Part shown: piece after piece, positions 10,248 through 18,974 of the stretch
How the letters are laid out: the number at the start of each line of letters is the position of its first letter
Position numbering within the stretch: the first letter of the stretch is position 1
NCBI GenBank assembly: GCA_028279765.1
Contig: JANQND010000009.1
Coordinates: forward strand, 65,198-129,197
DNA from: Candidatus Nanoarchaeia archaeon
GTDB taxonomy: Archaea; Nanobdellota; Nanobdellia; Woesearchaeales; WJIZ01
Length of the DNA stretch: 64,000 bases
Direction: 5' to 3'
Translations under genes and position numbers: made by a program
The notes under the pieces: model-generated
Seen by the model: the letters and a program-made list of their open reading frames with translations, nothing else
The model's database searches: none
Told to the model about the DNA's origin: nothing

Positions 10248-11087
10248 TTAAAAAGAGAAGTTGCCAGATAGAGTAATACCATACACCGGTTTTGACTCAA
10301 AATCTTCATTGATTCCGATTTGATACTCGCTAAAGAGTTTTAGGTCCAACTCTCCAAGTTTTGTATCTACACTGATTTCTGGGGAGATATGTGAGAGTCC
10401 ACTTGCACCATAAAAGTTTTCCAGGTATGCTCCCTTTGCACCGAGGTTAATGTCAACAGTATGGTTATCTTCTGAGGGAAATGATACGGTTTTATTGATA
10501 GAACCGTGAATCATGATTCCCTCGTCAGCATCACTCCCTGGTGCAATGTAGCTAATGCTGGTATCGACTTCAACCTGTCCGCTGTAATGAATCCCTCCTT
10601 CTAAAATATAATCCATGGAATCTTTTGCGCCGGATTGAGGGAACAACCAAATCTGCGGACCAATTCTTCCACTAAGTGTTCCACCTAACAAATCTTCTGA
10701 GATTTGTTGGGAATAGGTAGCACCAATATCAACTTCGGTTATCTTGTCCATGGGCAAGTTATAGTTCTGCCAAATAAAAGCACTGAGGTTATCCTGTGAA
10801 ACACCTGCATTTATCTGAACTACTTCACCCTCTTGTGGAAAAAAACCCGGTCTGGGGCTATATCTGTTTGCATATGTTGCATTTAGCGAAGCATCCAGAC
10901 TTAAATCTGTCTGGACAGTTTCCTTTTGGGTCTCCTCAATATTTATAGATTCTGTCAGATGATTCAACCCTTCAGGAAGTGCGTAATTTTCCTGATCAAT
11001 CAAATTAGGATCACCTATTCCTAACCCCAAAAAATCACTTGGTGCTGCTCTTGTTTCTAATCGTTCTAATGTTAATGTTGATTTCAT
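10248..11087 (-). CDS. Hypothetical protein (279 aa), second gene of a two-gene operon
   Basis: ORF separated by 1 nt from the upstream ORF on the same strand. It ends in an aromatic GNFSF terminus and has no recognisable domain. Confidence 0.35.
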   Translation of the reverse strand: MKSTLTLERLETRAAPSDFLGLGIGDPNLIDQENYALPEGLNHLTESINIEETQKETVQTDLSLDASLNATYANRYSPRPGFFPQEGEVVQINAGVSQDNLSAFIWQNYNLPMDKITEVDIGATYSQQISEDLLGGTLSGRIGPQIWLFPQSGAKDSMDYILEGGIHYSGQVEVDTSISYIAPGSDADEGIMIHGSINKTVSFPSEDNHTVDINLGAKGAYLENFYGASGLSHISPEISVDTKLGELDLKLFSEYQIGINEDFESKPVYGITLSGNFSF

Positions 11088-11088
11088 C

Positions 11089-11970
11089 TTATATTACCTT
11101 CTTGCTTGATGCATATCCCATTAATTTTTGAGCACTTTCATAGTGGTTTTCCAACATTTGGTTAACATTGGAAACATACTCTCTCAGTCGATCAATAGAT
11201 GGCATTTTAAGGACACAGGGTTCGTTTCCAACCATGCTTAATCCTTCTATGAACTTCATGGGTGCAATCCTAATATGGTCACCTTCATATGGAATTTGCT
11301 CTTTCGCATTTGGAATAATAGCCTCGGTATACCTCATGCGTCCAAAGGGTAATTCAATTCGCATTTCTCTACCATCACTTAGTAGAATTATACCATAATT
11401 TGATTTATGTGTTGCTCCCGGTTTATCAACCGCTATGCGTTTCACAGTTTCCCCATCTGGCAATCGAATGCTATACTCCGTCTTCCCTCCCGTTGAACTA
11501 AATCCATAGATTTCTGAACCTAATGGAACATCTAGGCCTGAAAGAAACCTATCTGCTGCACTAGTTCCTGATTGTTTAAATATGCCGTCAAAGATCACTC
11601 TACTCTTCAGTGGAAGATTATCAATTTCATCATTAGTTGGATTGATTAGTGGTGTAGATACGACTTCCTGAAAAATAGCATCGTACTGAAAGCAGTAGGA
11701 GTAGCGAGTATGTTTATCTGATTCTCCGGTCACCTCAATAATGGCTTCCAGTGGAAAGCCCTTATAGTCAGCAAGTTCGTCAATCCTATTCTCAAAGAAA
11801 AAGCTATCTGAAGATCTGGGTCCTTCATCAGCTCTAATAAATGAATAGTCATCTTCCTCATGATACATGCCTTTAATTCTTATTACATCTCCTTTTTCAA
11901 AATGCGGTTCTTTTCCTTTTAAAGATCTGAATTTTTCAATCCAATCTATGATTTCTTTTGTTTCACCCAT
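11089..11970 (-). CDS. Hypothetical protein (293 aa), first gene of a two-gene operon divergent from trmB
   Basis: Long ORF with no motif I recognise. It shares the palindrome-rich intergenic region with the TrmB regulator gene. Confidence 0.35.
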   Translation of the reverse strand: MGETKEIIDWIEKFRSLKGKEPHFEKGDVIRIKGMYHEEDDYSFIRADEGPRSSDSFFFENRIDELADYKGFPLEAIIEVTGESDKHTRYSYCFQYDAIFQEVVSTPLINPTNDEIDNLPLKSRVIFDGIFKQSGTSAADRFLSGLDVPLGSEIYGFSSTGGKTEYSIRLPDGETVKRIAVDKPGATHKSNYGIILLSDGREMRIELPFGRMRYTEAIIPNAKEQIPYEGDHIRIAPMKFIEGLSMVGNEPCVLKMPSIDRLREYVSNVNQMLENHYESAQKLMGYASSKKVI

Positions 11971-12030
11971 TTTTCTTCACCTCCTCTATAGCTCTCGCTA
12001 GTTAGTATCATTTATTTTGTATGCAAATTA

Positions 12031-12129
12031 TAACCACTTAAAAGTGGTTAAGATAATGCTTAGTAACTGCCAACCACTATTTAAACTATTGTGGTGGTAT
12101 TTACCACCAAAATAAGCAAGTTTTATATA
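12031..12129. promoter_or_regulatory. Candidate operator and promoter region: three ACCAC/GTGGT palindromes and a TATA-like box upstream of trmB
   Basis: TAACCACTTAAAAGTGGTTA (12031-12050, perfect), ACCAC-N13-GTGGT (about 12073-12095), TGGTGGTATTTACCACCA (12092-12109, perfect). TTTTATATA lies at 12121-12129, 23-31 nt before the ATG at 12152. Confidence 0.4.
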
Positions 12130-12151
12130 CAAAACAACCAAAAAACCGAAT

Positions 12152-12892
12152 ATGCACGAAGAAACACTCAGAGAAATCGGCCTGAGCCCAAATGAAGCAA
12201 GAGTATACGAAGCTCTATTGCAAACAGGAGAAGCATCCGTACAATCGATTTCCATAAAATCCAAAGTGCATCGAAGAAACGTATACGATTCATTAAGCAA
12301 ATTAAACGAAAAAGGACTCGTATCAGAAGTCTTCATCAAGGGAGAAAAGCACTTTAAGGCAATGAATCCCAGAAGGCTGCTCGAATTAGTAAAAGAAAAG
12401 GAAGAAAAAGTTAACTTAGCTATTCCTCAGATGCAATCGTTATACGAAGCAGTTGAACAGCCAGAACAGGCATACTTTTACCGAGGAATAGAAGGAGTAA
12501 AAAACTATTTGCAGGATATATTAAAAACCAGAGAAACCGTCTATTTCATTGGAGCAAAAGCAATGTGGTTAGACCCGCGGTTAAAGCATTTCCTGCCAAG
12601 ATTCCAACGCGAAAGAAAAAAACTGGGCATAAAATTCAAGCATATCTTTGATGCAGAAGTAAAAGAAAAAAAACCAGAAATTTTGAAGTTTGTAGGAAAA
12701 CCCTACAAGTTTTTACCTAAAAAATACTCAAGTCCAACCATGGTAGATATTTTCGGAGACTATGTTGTTACATTTGTTGGCGTAAGTCCAGGACAATTAT
12801 ACGAGGAGCCTATTCAATTTGTCATGAAAAGCAAACAACTCGCAGACGGATATAGGAAATTCTTTCAGTTTATGTGGGACCATTGTGAATAG
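12152..12892 (+). CDS. TrmB-family transcriptional regulator
   Basis: N-terminal TrmB-type wHTH (LSPNEARVYEALLQTGEASVQSISIKSKVHRRNVYDSLSKLNEKGLV) plus a C-terminal effector domain. Confidence 0.7.
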   Translation: MHEETLREIGLSPNEARVYEALLQTGEASVQSISIKSKVHRRNVYDSLSKLNEKGLVSEVFIKGEKHFKAMNPRRLLELVKEKEEKVNLAIPQMQSLYEAVEQPEQAYFYRGIEGVKNYLQDILKTRETVYFIGAKAMWLDPRLKHFLPRFQRERKKLGIKFKHIFDAEVKEKKPEILKFVGKPYKFLPKKYSSPTMVDIFGDYVVTFVGVSPGQLYEEPIQFVMKSKQLADGYRKFFQFMWDHCE

Positions 12893-14089
12893 CTATCGAA
12901 CACTATAATAATCCTCAAGCACAATCATATCCAGATCCTCGGTCTCAGAAATAAGATACAATCTACCCTCTCCAATCTCAACCACTTTCTGCGCAAATTC
13001 TTTGGCAGTCTTATCCAGGTTAATTCCAATCAAAGAAACCGTGATACCTGCAGCGTGAATCTTGGAGATCTCCTCGAAGGTTTCTTTCTGCGGATCCTTT
13101 CCTACGGTTGGCATCGCATCAGTAAGCAAAATCAAATGCTTGGTGAAATCTCCAGAGGGAAACACCTCTAATGATTTACGAAGCATAGCTTTGAAATTCG
13201 TCTGCTTGGAAGCCTTTATCCGGGTAATCTCTTTAAGCAGCAAAGAAAAATCATCCGTAGGTATGATCTCCTCCTTAATGTCTGTTCCAAACACGATTAG
13301 CCCAACCTTATCCTTGGATTCTATCGCTTTGTATGCAAGCGCAATGCCTGCTTTCTTGCTCATCTCAATTTTCCTGCCCTTCATGCTGCCAGAAGCATCA
13401 AGAGCATATACCACATATACCTGGCCCTTACTTTCTCGCTGCGACGTTTTCAGATCGGCCTCAGTAAGTGTTGAATGACCACGGCGAAGAGCTAATTTAA
13501 CGCTATCCTTGAGGGCAATATCACGATAACGATCCCCTCGCTTATACTTATGCGCCTCACCGCGCTCGCCGTAATGCGCCGCTTTCTTATGAATTTTCTC
13601 ACCAAAAACACCTTTCGGATTAATACGGTCCAGCTCTTCAATATACGTAACAAATCCTGCCAGCTTCAGCCCATCATCAGAAACAGCGTAATCGCGGGTA
13701 AGCAATTTCTCCTCTTTGAGCTCTTCGGTCTTCTCCATCAGCTTTTTCTTCAGCTCACGCTTAAACTCGGGGATGTTAATATTTTTCTTTATGTACTCCG
13801 GATTATAGCCAGACATCAATCGAATAAGTGTCTCGCCATAAATCTTCTTTGCCATCGAATAATTCTTCGTAATATTCTCAAACATAATATCCGGATTAAA
13901 AGAACTCATGCCCTGATTAATGGATTCTGCAATCAGTTTTCCATCGTCAGCTTTTTTTTCCTTCTGCTCAACCGAGCGCAACAACTTATCTTCTATATCA
14001 TCCTGTGAGAGGCTGCCATCCACTTCCTTGATTTCATCTATCTCATCAATTTCAACGTCGTGGTCACTACCCCTCATCATCTCTTTCAT
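12893..14089 (-). CDS. von Willebrand factor A (VWA) domain protein
   Basis: MIDAS motif DASGSM in VYVVYALDASGSMKG. The gene overlaps the end of the upstream AAA+ gene. Confidence 0.7.
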   Translation of the reverse strand: MKEMMRGSDHDVEIDEIDEIKEVDGSLSQDDIEDKLLRSVEQKEKKADDGKLIAESINQGMSSFNPDIMFENITKNYSMAKKIYGETLIRLMSGYNPEYIKKNINIPEFKRELKKKLMEKTEELKEEKLLTRDYAVSDDGLKLAGFVTYIEELDRINPKGVFGEKIHKKAAHYGERGEAHKYKRGDRYRDIALKDSVKLALRRGHSTLTEADLKTSQRESKGQVYVVYALDASGSMKGRKIEMSKKAGIALAYKAIESKDKVGLIVFGTDIKEEIIPTDDFSLLLKEITRIKASKQTNFKAMLRKSLEVFPSGDFTKHLILLTDAMPTVGKDPQKETFEEISKIHAAGITVSLIGINLDKTAKEFAQKVVEIGEGRLYLISETEDLDMIVLEDYYSVR

Positions 14090-14987
14090 TCAGCAATTCA
14101 TCCAAGTCTAGCTGCTTGAACTGCTTCTCTATATATTCCACAGGGCTCTGTGTGTATTTCAGTGAAGGTTTTAATTTAATACGATGACTGAGAACTGAAA
14201 CGATAGCGCTTTTCACATCTTCTGCACTCACTGTATTACGTCCATCCAAAAGAGCATTCGCCTGGGAGCGCTCATATAACCCCAGCGTTGCACGAACAGA
14301 CGGTTTCTTTTCAATATCCTTGCTCTCGCGAAGTTTCCGAACAAAAGTAACCATTACCCGAAGTGCCCCAGCAGGAACATCGCACAGCTTTTTTCCCTTC
14401 AGGCTAACGATTTCTTCTTCAATGCGCTGTTTATCAGGATAATCCATATAGATTACATCAAATCGATCCAGCAGCACATCACTGAGCTTCTCTGTAGAAC
14501 TGTCCTCAGGATTCATCGTTCCAATAAAAATAAAATCAAGATCAAAATCAACGTCGTATGATCCGATGGTGGTCTTCCTCTCTTCAAGAACCTGAAGAAG
14601 TGCGTTTTGTAATTTCTCAGGGCACCGATTCAGTTCATCAAAGAACAGGATACCCTTATCTGCCTTGAATATCTTTCCTTTTTGAAACGCCTCCAGAGAC
14701 AGGGGGCCGAATTTCAATGCCTTGATAGGGTCAATATCACCGAGGATGTCCTCAACAGTCAGATCCGGGCTTCCTTGGATACGAACTACTTGCTTTGCTC
14801 CAATATCCAGTGATGCAAGATTTTTCACTAGGGTAGTCTTACCAATACCAGGAGGGCCAACGATAATAATATTCCTTCGCGCAAGAAGGGCAGATTTCAG
14901 CTCCCTCTTAACCATTTCCTGTCCCAGAATATCATTAAAAGGATCCTTATTCGAAAGAAGTACTTTTTGTAATTTTTCAGCTGTCAT
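14067..14987 (-). CDS. MoxR-like AAA+ ATPase
   Basis: Walker A GPPGIGKTT, Walker B ILFFDELN, MoxR-like length and C-terminal helical region. Confidence 0.75.
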   Translation of the reverse strand: MTAEKLQKVLLSNKDPFNDILGQEMVKRELKSALLARRNIIIVGPPGIGKTTLVKNLASLDIGAKQVVRIQGSPDLTVEDILGDIDPIKALKFGPLSLEAFQKGKIFKADKGILFFDELNRCPEKLQNALLQVLEERKTTIGSYDVDFDLDFIFIGTMNPEDSSTEKLSDVLLDRFDVIYMDYPDKQRIEEEIVSLKGKKLCDVPAGALRVMVTFVRKLRESKDIEKKPSVRATLGLYERSQANALLDGRNTVSAEDVKSAIVSVLSHRIKLKPSLKYTQSPVEYIEKQFKQLDLDELLNERDDEG

Positions 14988-15026
14988 AGAATTTTGCGAG
15001 AAGGCAGGGTGGTATATAAACTTATC

Positions 15027-15623
15027 TTATAGGCCAAATATCCTCATCAACCAGATAACCGCACCAGCACTTAACGGAACAACCAGATTATCATCAAGCT
15101 TCTCAAGGCCAATGCGAAGGTCTATCCCCTCAACAATAAGGGCGACAGTGGAAGCAATGAGTGCTTCATACCAGGAAACAAAGATGCTTGCCGCAAGAAA
15201 TGAAATGAAAATTCCTGCAAATGTTCCCTCTAAAAACTTTTTTCTGGAGAAAGGGTGCCTGATCTTTCGAAAATCCATCCCAACGAAATTAGGGATGCTA
15301 TCACCAAACGCTAAAATAAGAATGCAGGCAAGGGCAACTTCCTTCTCAAAGAACAGCAAGCTAAACTCACAACCAAGCAGATAAAACAAGGATCCTTTGC
15401 CCGGAAAGCTCTTTCGTACTCCCGGCCGCTCAAGCTTTTCCAGGATCCATTCAGCAGGGGGAATATGAATTTTCTTGGAGAGCCAAAAGAACAAAAAGGC
15501 AATAATGGAAAAAGCCCCAAGTGAGTAGATATTTAAAAAATCATAATAGATCAGAAAAACGAGTGCTACGCCAAAGAACAAATGAAATAACTTCCGTTTG
15601 ATCTCCAGGCTTCTGTTGCTCAT
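15027..15623 (-). CDS. Polytopic membrane protein (possibly dolichol/polyprenol kinase or CDP-alcohol-like)
   Basis: Multiple hydrophobic helices. Weak resemblance only. Confidence 0.25.
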   Translation of the reverse strand: MSNRSLEIKRKLFHLFFGVALVFLIYYDFLNIYSLGAFSIIAFLFFWLSKKIHIPPAEWILEKLERPGVRKSFPGKGSLFYLLGCEFSLLFFEKEVALACILILAFGDSIPNFVGMDFRKIRHPFSRKKFLEGTFAGIFISFLAASIFVSWYEALIASTVALIVEGIDLRIGLEKLDDNLVVPLSAGAVIWLMRIFGL

Positions 15624-16492
15624 CGTGCTATCCTCTTCACTATCATTACCAGGCCGATTCCTATCACAAAAAACATGAGCAGGCCCCCTATATGCATTAA
15701 CCCCTCTGTATTGGATTGAAGATAAATCCTTTTAAGAGGAATGCTCAAGCACCCGACAACCAGCCCAAGCAACACATACAGGGTCCTGTTTTTATGCTTA
15801 TCAAACAGATAACTAACAATACGGGAAATACTAAACGCACCTAATCCTGCTCCAATCAGAAAGACAAAAAAATAAGTCAGCTTATCTGTAATATGATGCA
15901 GCACATCTAACATAAATTCGTAAATCCCTAAAATCAACAAAATAAATGATCCCGAAATGCCCGGAAGAAACATGGCGCTGATAGCTAAGAACCCTCCTGC
16001 AAAGAGGTACCATAAACTTGGCTGAACCTGGGATGGTATGATAAAGGCAAGCCCGATCCCAAAAAGAAATCCTCCAAGTCCGAAAAGCTGCTCCTTAAGT
16101 GCATGATTCTCAATATGGTCATAAATAATCTTTGAAGAGGCAACAATTAATCCGACAAAAAACGACATAGTAAAAGCAAAATACTGCTCAATCAAGAACT
16201 CCATCACTCTGGACCCTAATAATAACGCACTTCCGATCCCTGCACCAAGGGTAATGAGAAAAATGATATCTATTTTCTGAAAGCTCCTGCGAAATGCAGA
16301 GATTGTTTTCTTATTAGCATTAAAGGCCATAGAAAAAAAATCCCGAAGCAATACAAAAGAAAACCCTTTCACAGCACGTATCAATCGCTCATAAATACCG
16401 GTGATAAACGCAATAGTTCCCCCGGAAATTCCGGGAACTAAATCACAGATCCCCATGAGAACTCCTTTCAAAAAAAGCAGCACATAATTCAC
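15620..16492 (-). CDS. Polytopic membrane protein with internal duplication (DUF368-like)
   Basis: Two GISGG/GISGS-containing halves. Overlaps its neighbours by 4 nt. Confidence 0.35.
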   Translation of the reverse strand: MNYVLLFLKGVLMGICDLVPGISGGTIAFITGIYERLIRAVKGFSFVLLRDFFSMAFNANKKTISAFRRSFQKIDIIFLITLGAGIGSALLLGSRVMEFLIEQYFAFTMSFFVGLIVASSKIIYDHIENHALKEQLFGLGGFLFGIGLAFIIPSQVQPSLWYLFAGGFLAISAMFLPGISGSFILLILGIYEFMLDVLHHITDKLTYFFVFLIGAGLGAFSISRIVSYLFDKHKNRTLYVLLGLVVGCLSIPLKRIYLQSNTEGLMHIGGLLMFFVIGIGLVMIVKRIAR

Positions 16493-17526
16493 TTTACAAT
16501 ACCCTTGAGGTCTTTTTTAGTTTTCTTGACCTTCGGCCAGACCAATGTCCCGGGGCGAATCGTCACATCCTTTAAGGTACAATTATCCCCAATTGCCGCA
16601 CCGAAGTTTTCAATAGTGATAGTCTTTCCATTTAATTCAACATCAACATTTCCTGTGGTCTGTATGGTACCGGAAAAAGTAACATTATCCCCAATAACAG
16701 AATCTTCAATCAAAGACCCAGCCAGGATAGTGACATTATCCCCAATAACGCAATTCTTTACGTCCCCTTCTATCACACAGTTCTTCCCTATAGAGCAATT
16801 CACCACTTTTCCTTTGATCGAACTATTCTGGCCAATAGCAGCATCCTGATCCCGGATAACCTGATCTGCATCAAGAAGGTTCCAGACATATCCCACAGGA
16901 AGCCACATCATTGCCTCAACACAGAAAATATCATTCTTCTTTGCAAGCTCAGAGAGGGCATCAGTTAATTCCAACTCTCCACGAGGAGACTTCTTAATCT
17001 TTTTCAAGCTCTCAAAAATCTTCTCAGTAAACACATAAAATGCAGCATTGGCAAGATCTGACACGAACTCCTGCGGTTTCTCCACAAGATCAAACACTTT
17101 ATCTCCTTTCTTGGTAAATACACCAAAATTCCCATAATCTTCGACACGCTTTGCCAGCACTGCAAGATCGTAACGCAGGCATTTACGAATATCGCCCCTG
17201 AAGTACAAATCATCGGCCATCATTACGATGAAACGCTCGTCTTTAATGAACTTCTCTGCTTGCTGTACTGCATGACCGGTCCCCAACTGCTGCTTTTGCT
17301 CCACGTACTTAATTTTGATGCGCTGAAAAGAATTTCCCAGGTGTTTTTTAATCATGGATCCCTTGTAGCCTATTACAATAATTACCTCATCAACTAAATC
17401 CACCAATTGCGTCAAGTTATGCTCAATAAGTGTTATATTTGAAACCTTTAGAAGGGGCTTTGGCTTTGTAAGCGTTAAAGGGTACGTTCTGGTACTCTTT
17501 CCCGCTGCTAAGATGACTGCTTTCAT
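16489..17526 (-). CDS. Sugar-1-phosphate nucleotidyltransferase with C-terminal left-handed beta-helix (hexapeptide repeats)
   Basis: AVILAAGKSTRTYPLTLTKPKPLL NTP-transferase signature. C-terminal repeats of [LIV]G.N... hexapeptides. Confidence 0.7.
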   Translation of the reverse strand: MKAVILAAGKSTRTYPLTLTKPKPLLKVSNITLIEHNLTQLVDLVDEVIIVIGYKGSMIKKHLGNSFQRIKIKYVEQKQQLGTGHAVQQAEKFIKDERFIVMMADDLYFRGDIRKCLRYDLAVLAKRVEDYGNFGVFTKKGDKVFDLVEKPQEFVSDLANAAFYVFTEKIFESLKKIKKSPRGELELTDALSELAKKNDIFCVEAMMWLPVGYVWNLLDADQVIRDQDAAIGQNSSIKGKVVNCSIGKNCVIEGDVKNCVIGDNVTILAGSLIEDSVIGDNVTFSGTIQTTGNVDVELNGKTITIENFGAAIGDNCTLKDVTIRPGTLVWPKVKKTKKDLKGIVK

Positions 17527-17544
17527 TTTTTTGCCTTAACCTTA

Positions 17545-18786
17545 TTACTTTATTTTCTCTATGGATATTTTTTTTGCGCGCTCTTTAATATAGTTATCCC
17601 TTGCAAGAGATGCAAACAGCGCGTCAGGAGTCCTGTAGGCTCTTTTCTCCCTCGCATAAAGAATTTCTTTTTTCTCAAAGACATCCTTATGCTTTTTCCT
17701 GAAATCATCAGCAAAAGACTTTCGTTTGGCAGGCGGACCGCTAACAACTCTTTCTTCATCCAGCTCTTTACCATCTACCGTAAAGTATAGCAACGCATCA
17801 TCTATCCACTCCCACTGAGCATCAATCACATCGAACTCATATTCCTGCAGCCTCTGAAGTATGTGGTGATAACATTTTACCAGTTTACACCCGATAATAT
17901 CTCCCTTGCCTGCAAGCGGGGTTAATCGAACCATGAACAAATGATTGTTTTTCGCTTTTTTTGTAAGCTCTTTCACATCAATAGGCCTATCATCAAAAAA
18001 ATCTTCCGAGGGCTTCTTAACAAATGCTTTGGCATAAGAAACAATCGCTGCAAACTTCTCCTCACTTACTGCAGCAGCAGCATTTCTGCTCTCCTGAATC
18101 GGATCAATCACAATAAGGGGGCCGGTAGATTTTGCCTTATTCAACTCAAAGAGCACATTCTTCCCCTTATAGAATTGCTCAGTATCAATAACCACTTTGG
18201 GTTTCCACTTTGCAACCGCGCTCACCAATTCAGAAAAACCCTTGTAATGAATCGTAAGTACCTCACAGATATACCCTGAAAACCCGGCAATGTACGATTC
18301 AGCACCATACACTTTCGCTGCCTTGAAAAACTGTTTAGTGAGCCGAATTTCGTCTGCATACTGTTTGTGCTTTTTCACCCATTGCGCATGCAGTGGAGAA
18401 GCATCGGTAATATTAAACGCCTTGTCTGCTTTGCTGATCTTAATGATCGGCACGATCTCAAACGTATATCCTTCGTGCGTTGTCTGAAAATAATCTCGCG
18501 ATCCATGCAGGCGCTCAACAGTAAATAATTTCTGAAGTTTTTTTTCCAAAATATCAGAAATATTTTTCTCTTTATACTCCGCAGCAGGAAACTGCACAAA
18601 AATATCAAAATCATGCGCTTCCCGAAGCCAGGTGCCTTTCTGGCCTGAGCCGCCAAGAATCACCTTGCATTGCGGAAGAGATTTTTGGATCTTCTCGATA
18701 AATCCTTTCGTCTTGCCGACGATTTCCTTCTCTTCTTGGGCAGACGGCTTAATACGCGCAAGAACCTCATCAAGCAATGATTTCAT
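17545..18786 (-). CDS. cca: Archaeal class I CCA-adding enzyme (tRNA nucleotidyltransferase)
   Basis: VILGGSGQKGTWLREAHDFDIFVQFP Pol-beta NTase motif. Length and layout match the archaeal CCA enzyme. Confidence 0.8.
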   Translation of the reverse strand: MKSLLDEVLARIKPSAQEEKEIVGKTKGFIEKIQKSLPQCKVILGGSGQKGTWLREAHDFDIFVQFPAAEYKEKNISDILEKKLQKLFTVERLHGSRDYFQTTHEGYTFEIVPIIKISKADKAFNITDASPLHAQWVKKHKQYADEIRLTKQFFKAAKVYGAESYIAGFSGYICEVLTIHYKGFSELVSAVAKWKPKVVIDTEQFYKGKNVLFELNKAKSTGPLIVIDPIQESRNAAAAVSEEKFAAIVSYAKAFVKKPSEDFFDDRPIDVKELTKKAKNNHLFMVRLTPLAGKGDIIGCKLVKCYHHILQRLQEYEFDVIDAQWEWIDDALLYFTVDGKELDEERVVSGPPAKRKSFADDFRKKHKDVFEKKEILYAREKRAYRTPDALFASLARDNYIKERAKKISIEKIK

Positions 18787-18860
18787 AACTTAGATAGGCG
18801 CTAATTCGTTTAAAAACTTTTGTATGGAGGAATTAGTACAGCAGGGGTCTTTCTAGTAAG

Positions 18861-18947
18861 CAACAACAATGGCGCTGGCAAGCTTAGTCTCTAAGCTTGA
18901 GATTTTGCTTTAGCAAAATCGGTCAGCCTGCCATTATTGTTGTTGTT
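18861..18947. repeat. Structured double-hairpin repeat element, copy 1
   Basis: AACAATGGCGC ... CAAGCTTAG TCT CTAAGCTTG ... GATTTTGC TTTA GCAAAATC ... GCCTGCC..TGTTGTTG. The second copy lies at 63805-63888. Confidence 0.55.
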
Positions 18948-18974
18948 ATCATCATAAACAGGTTAACAAATTAC

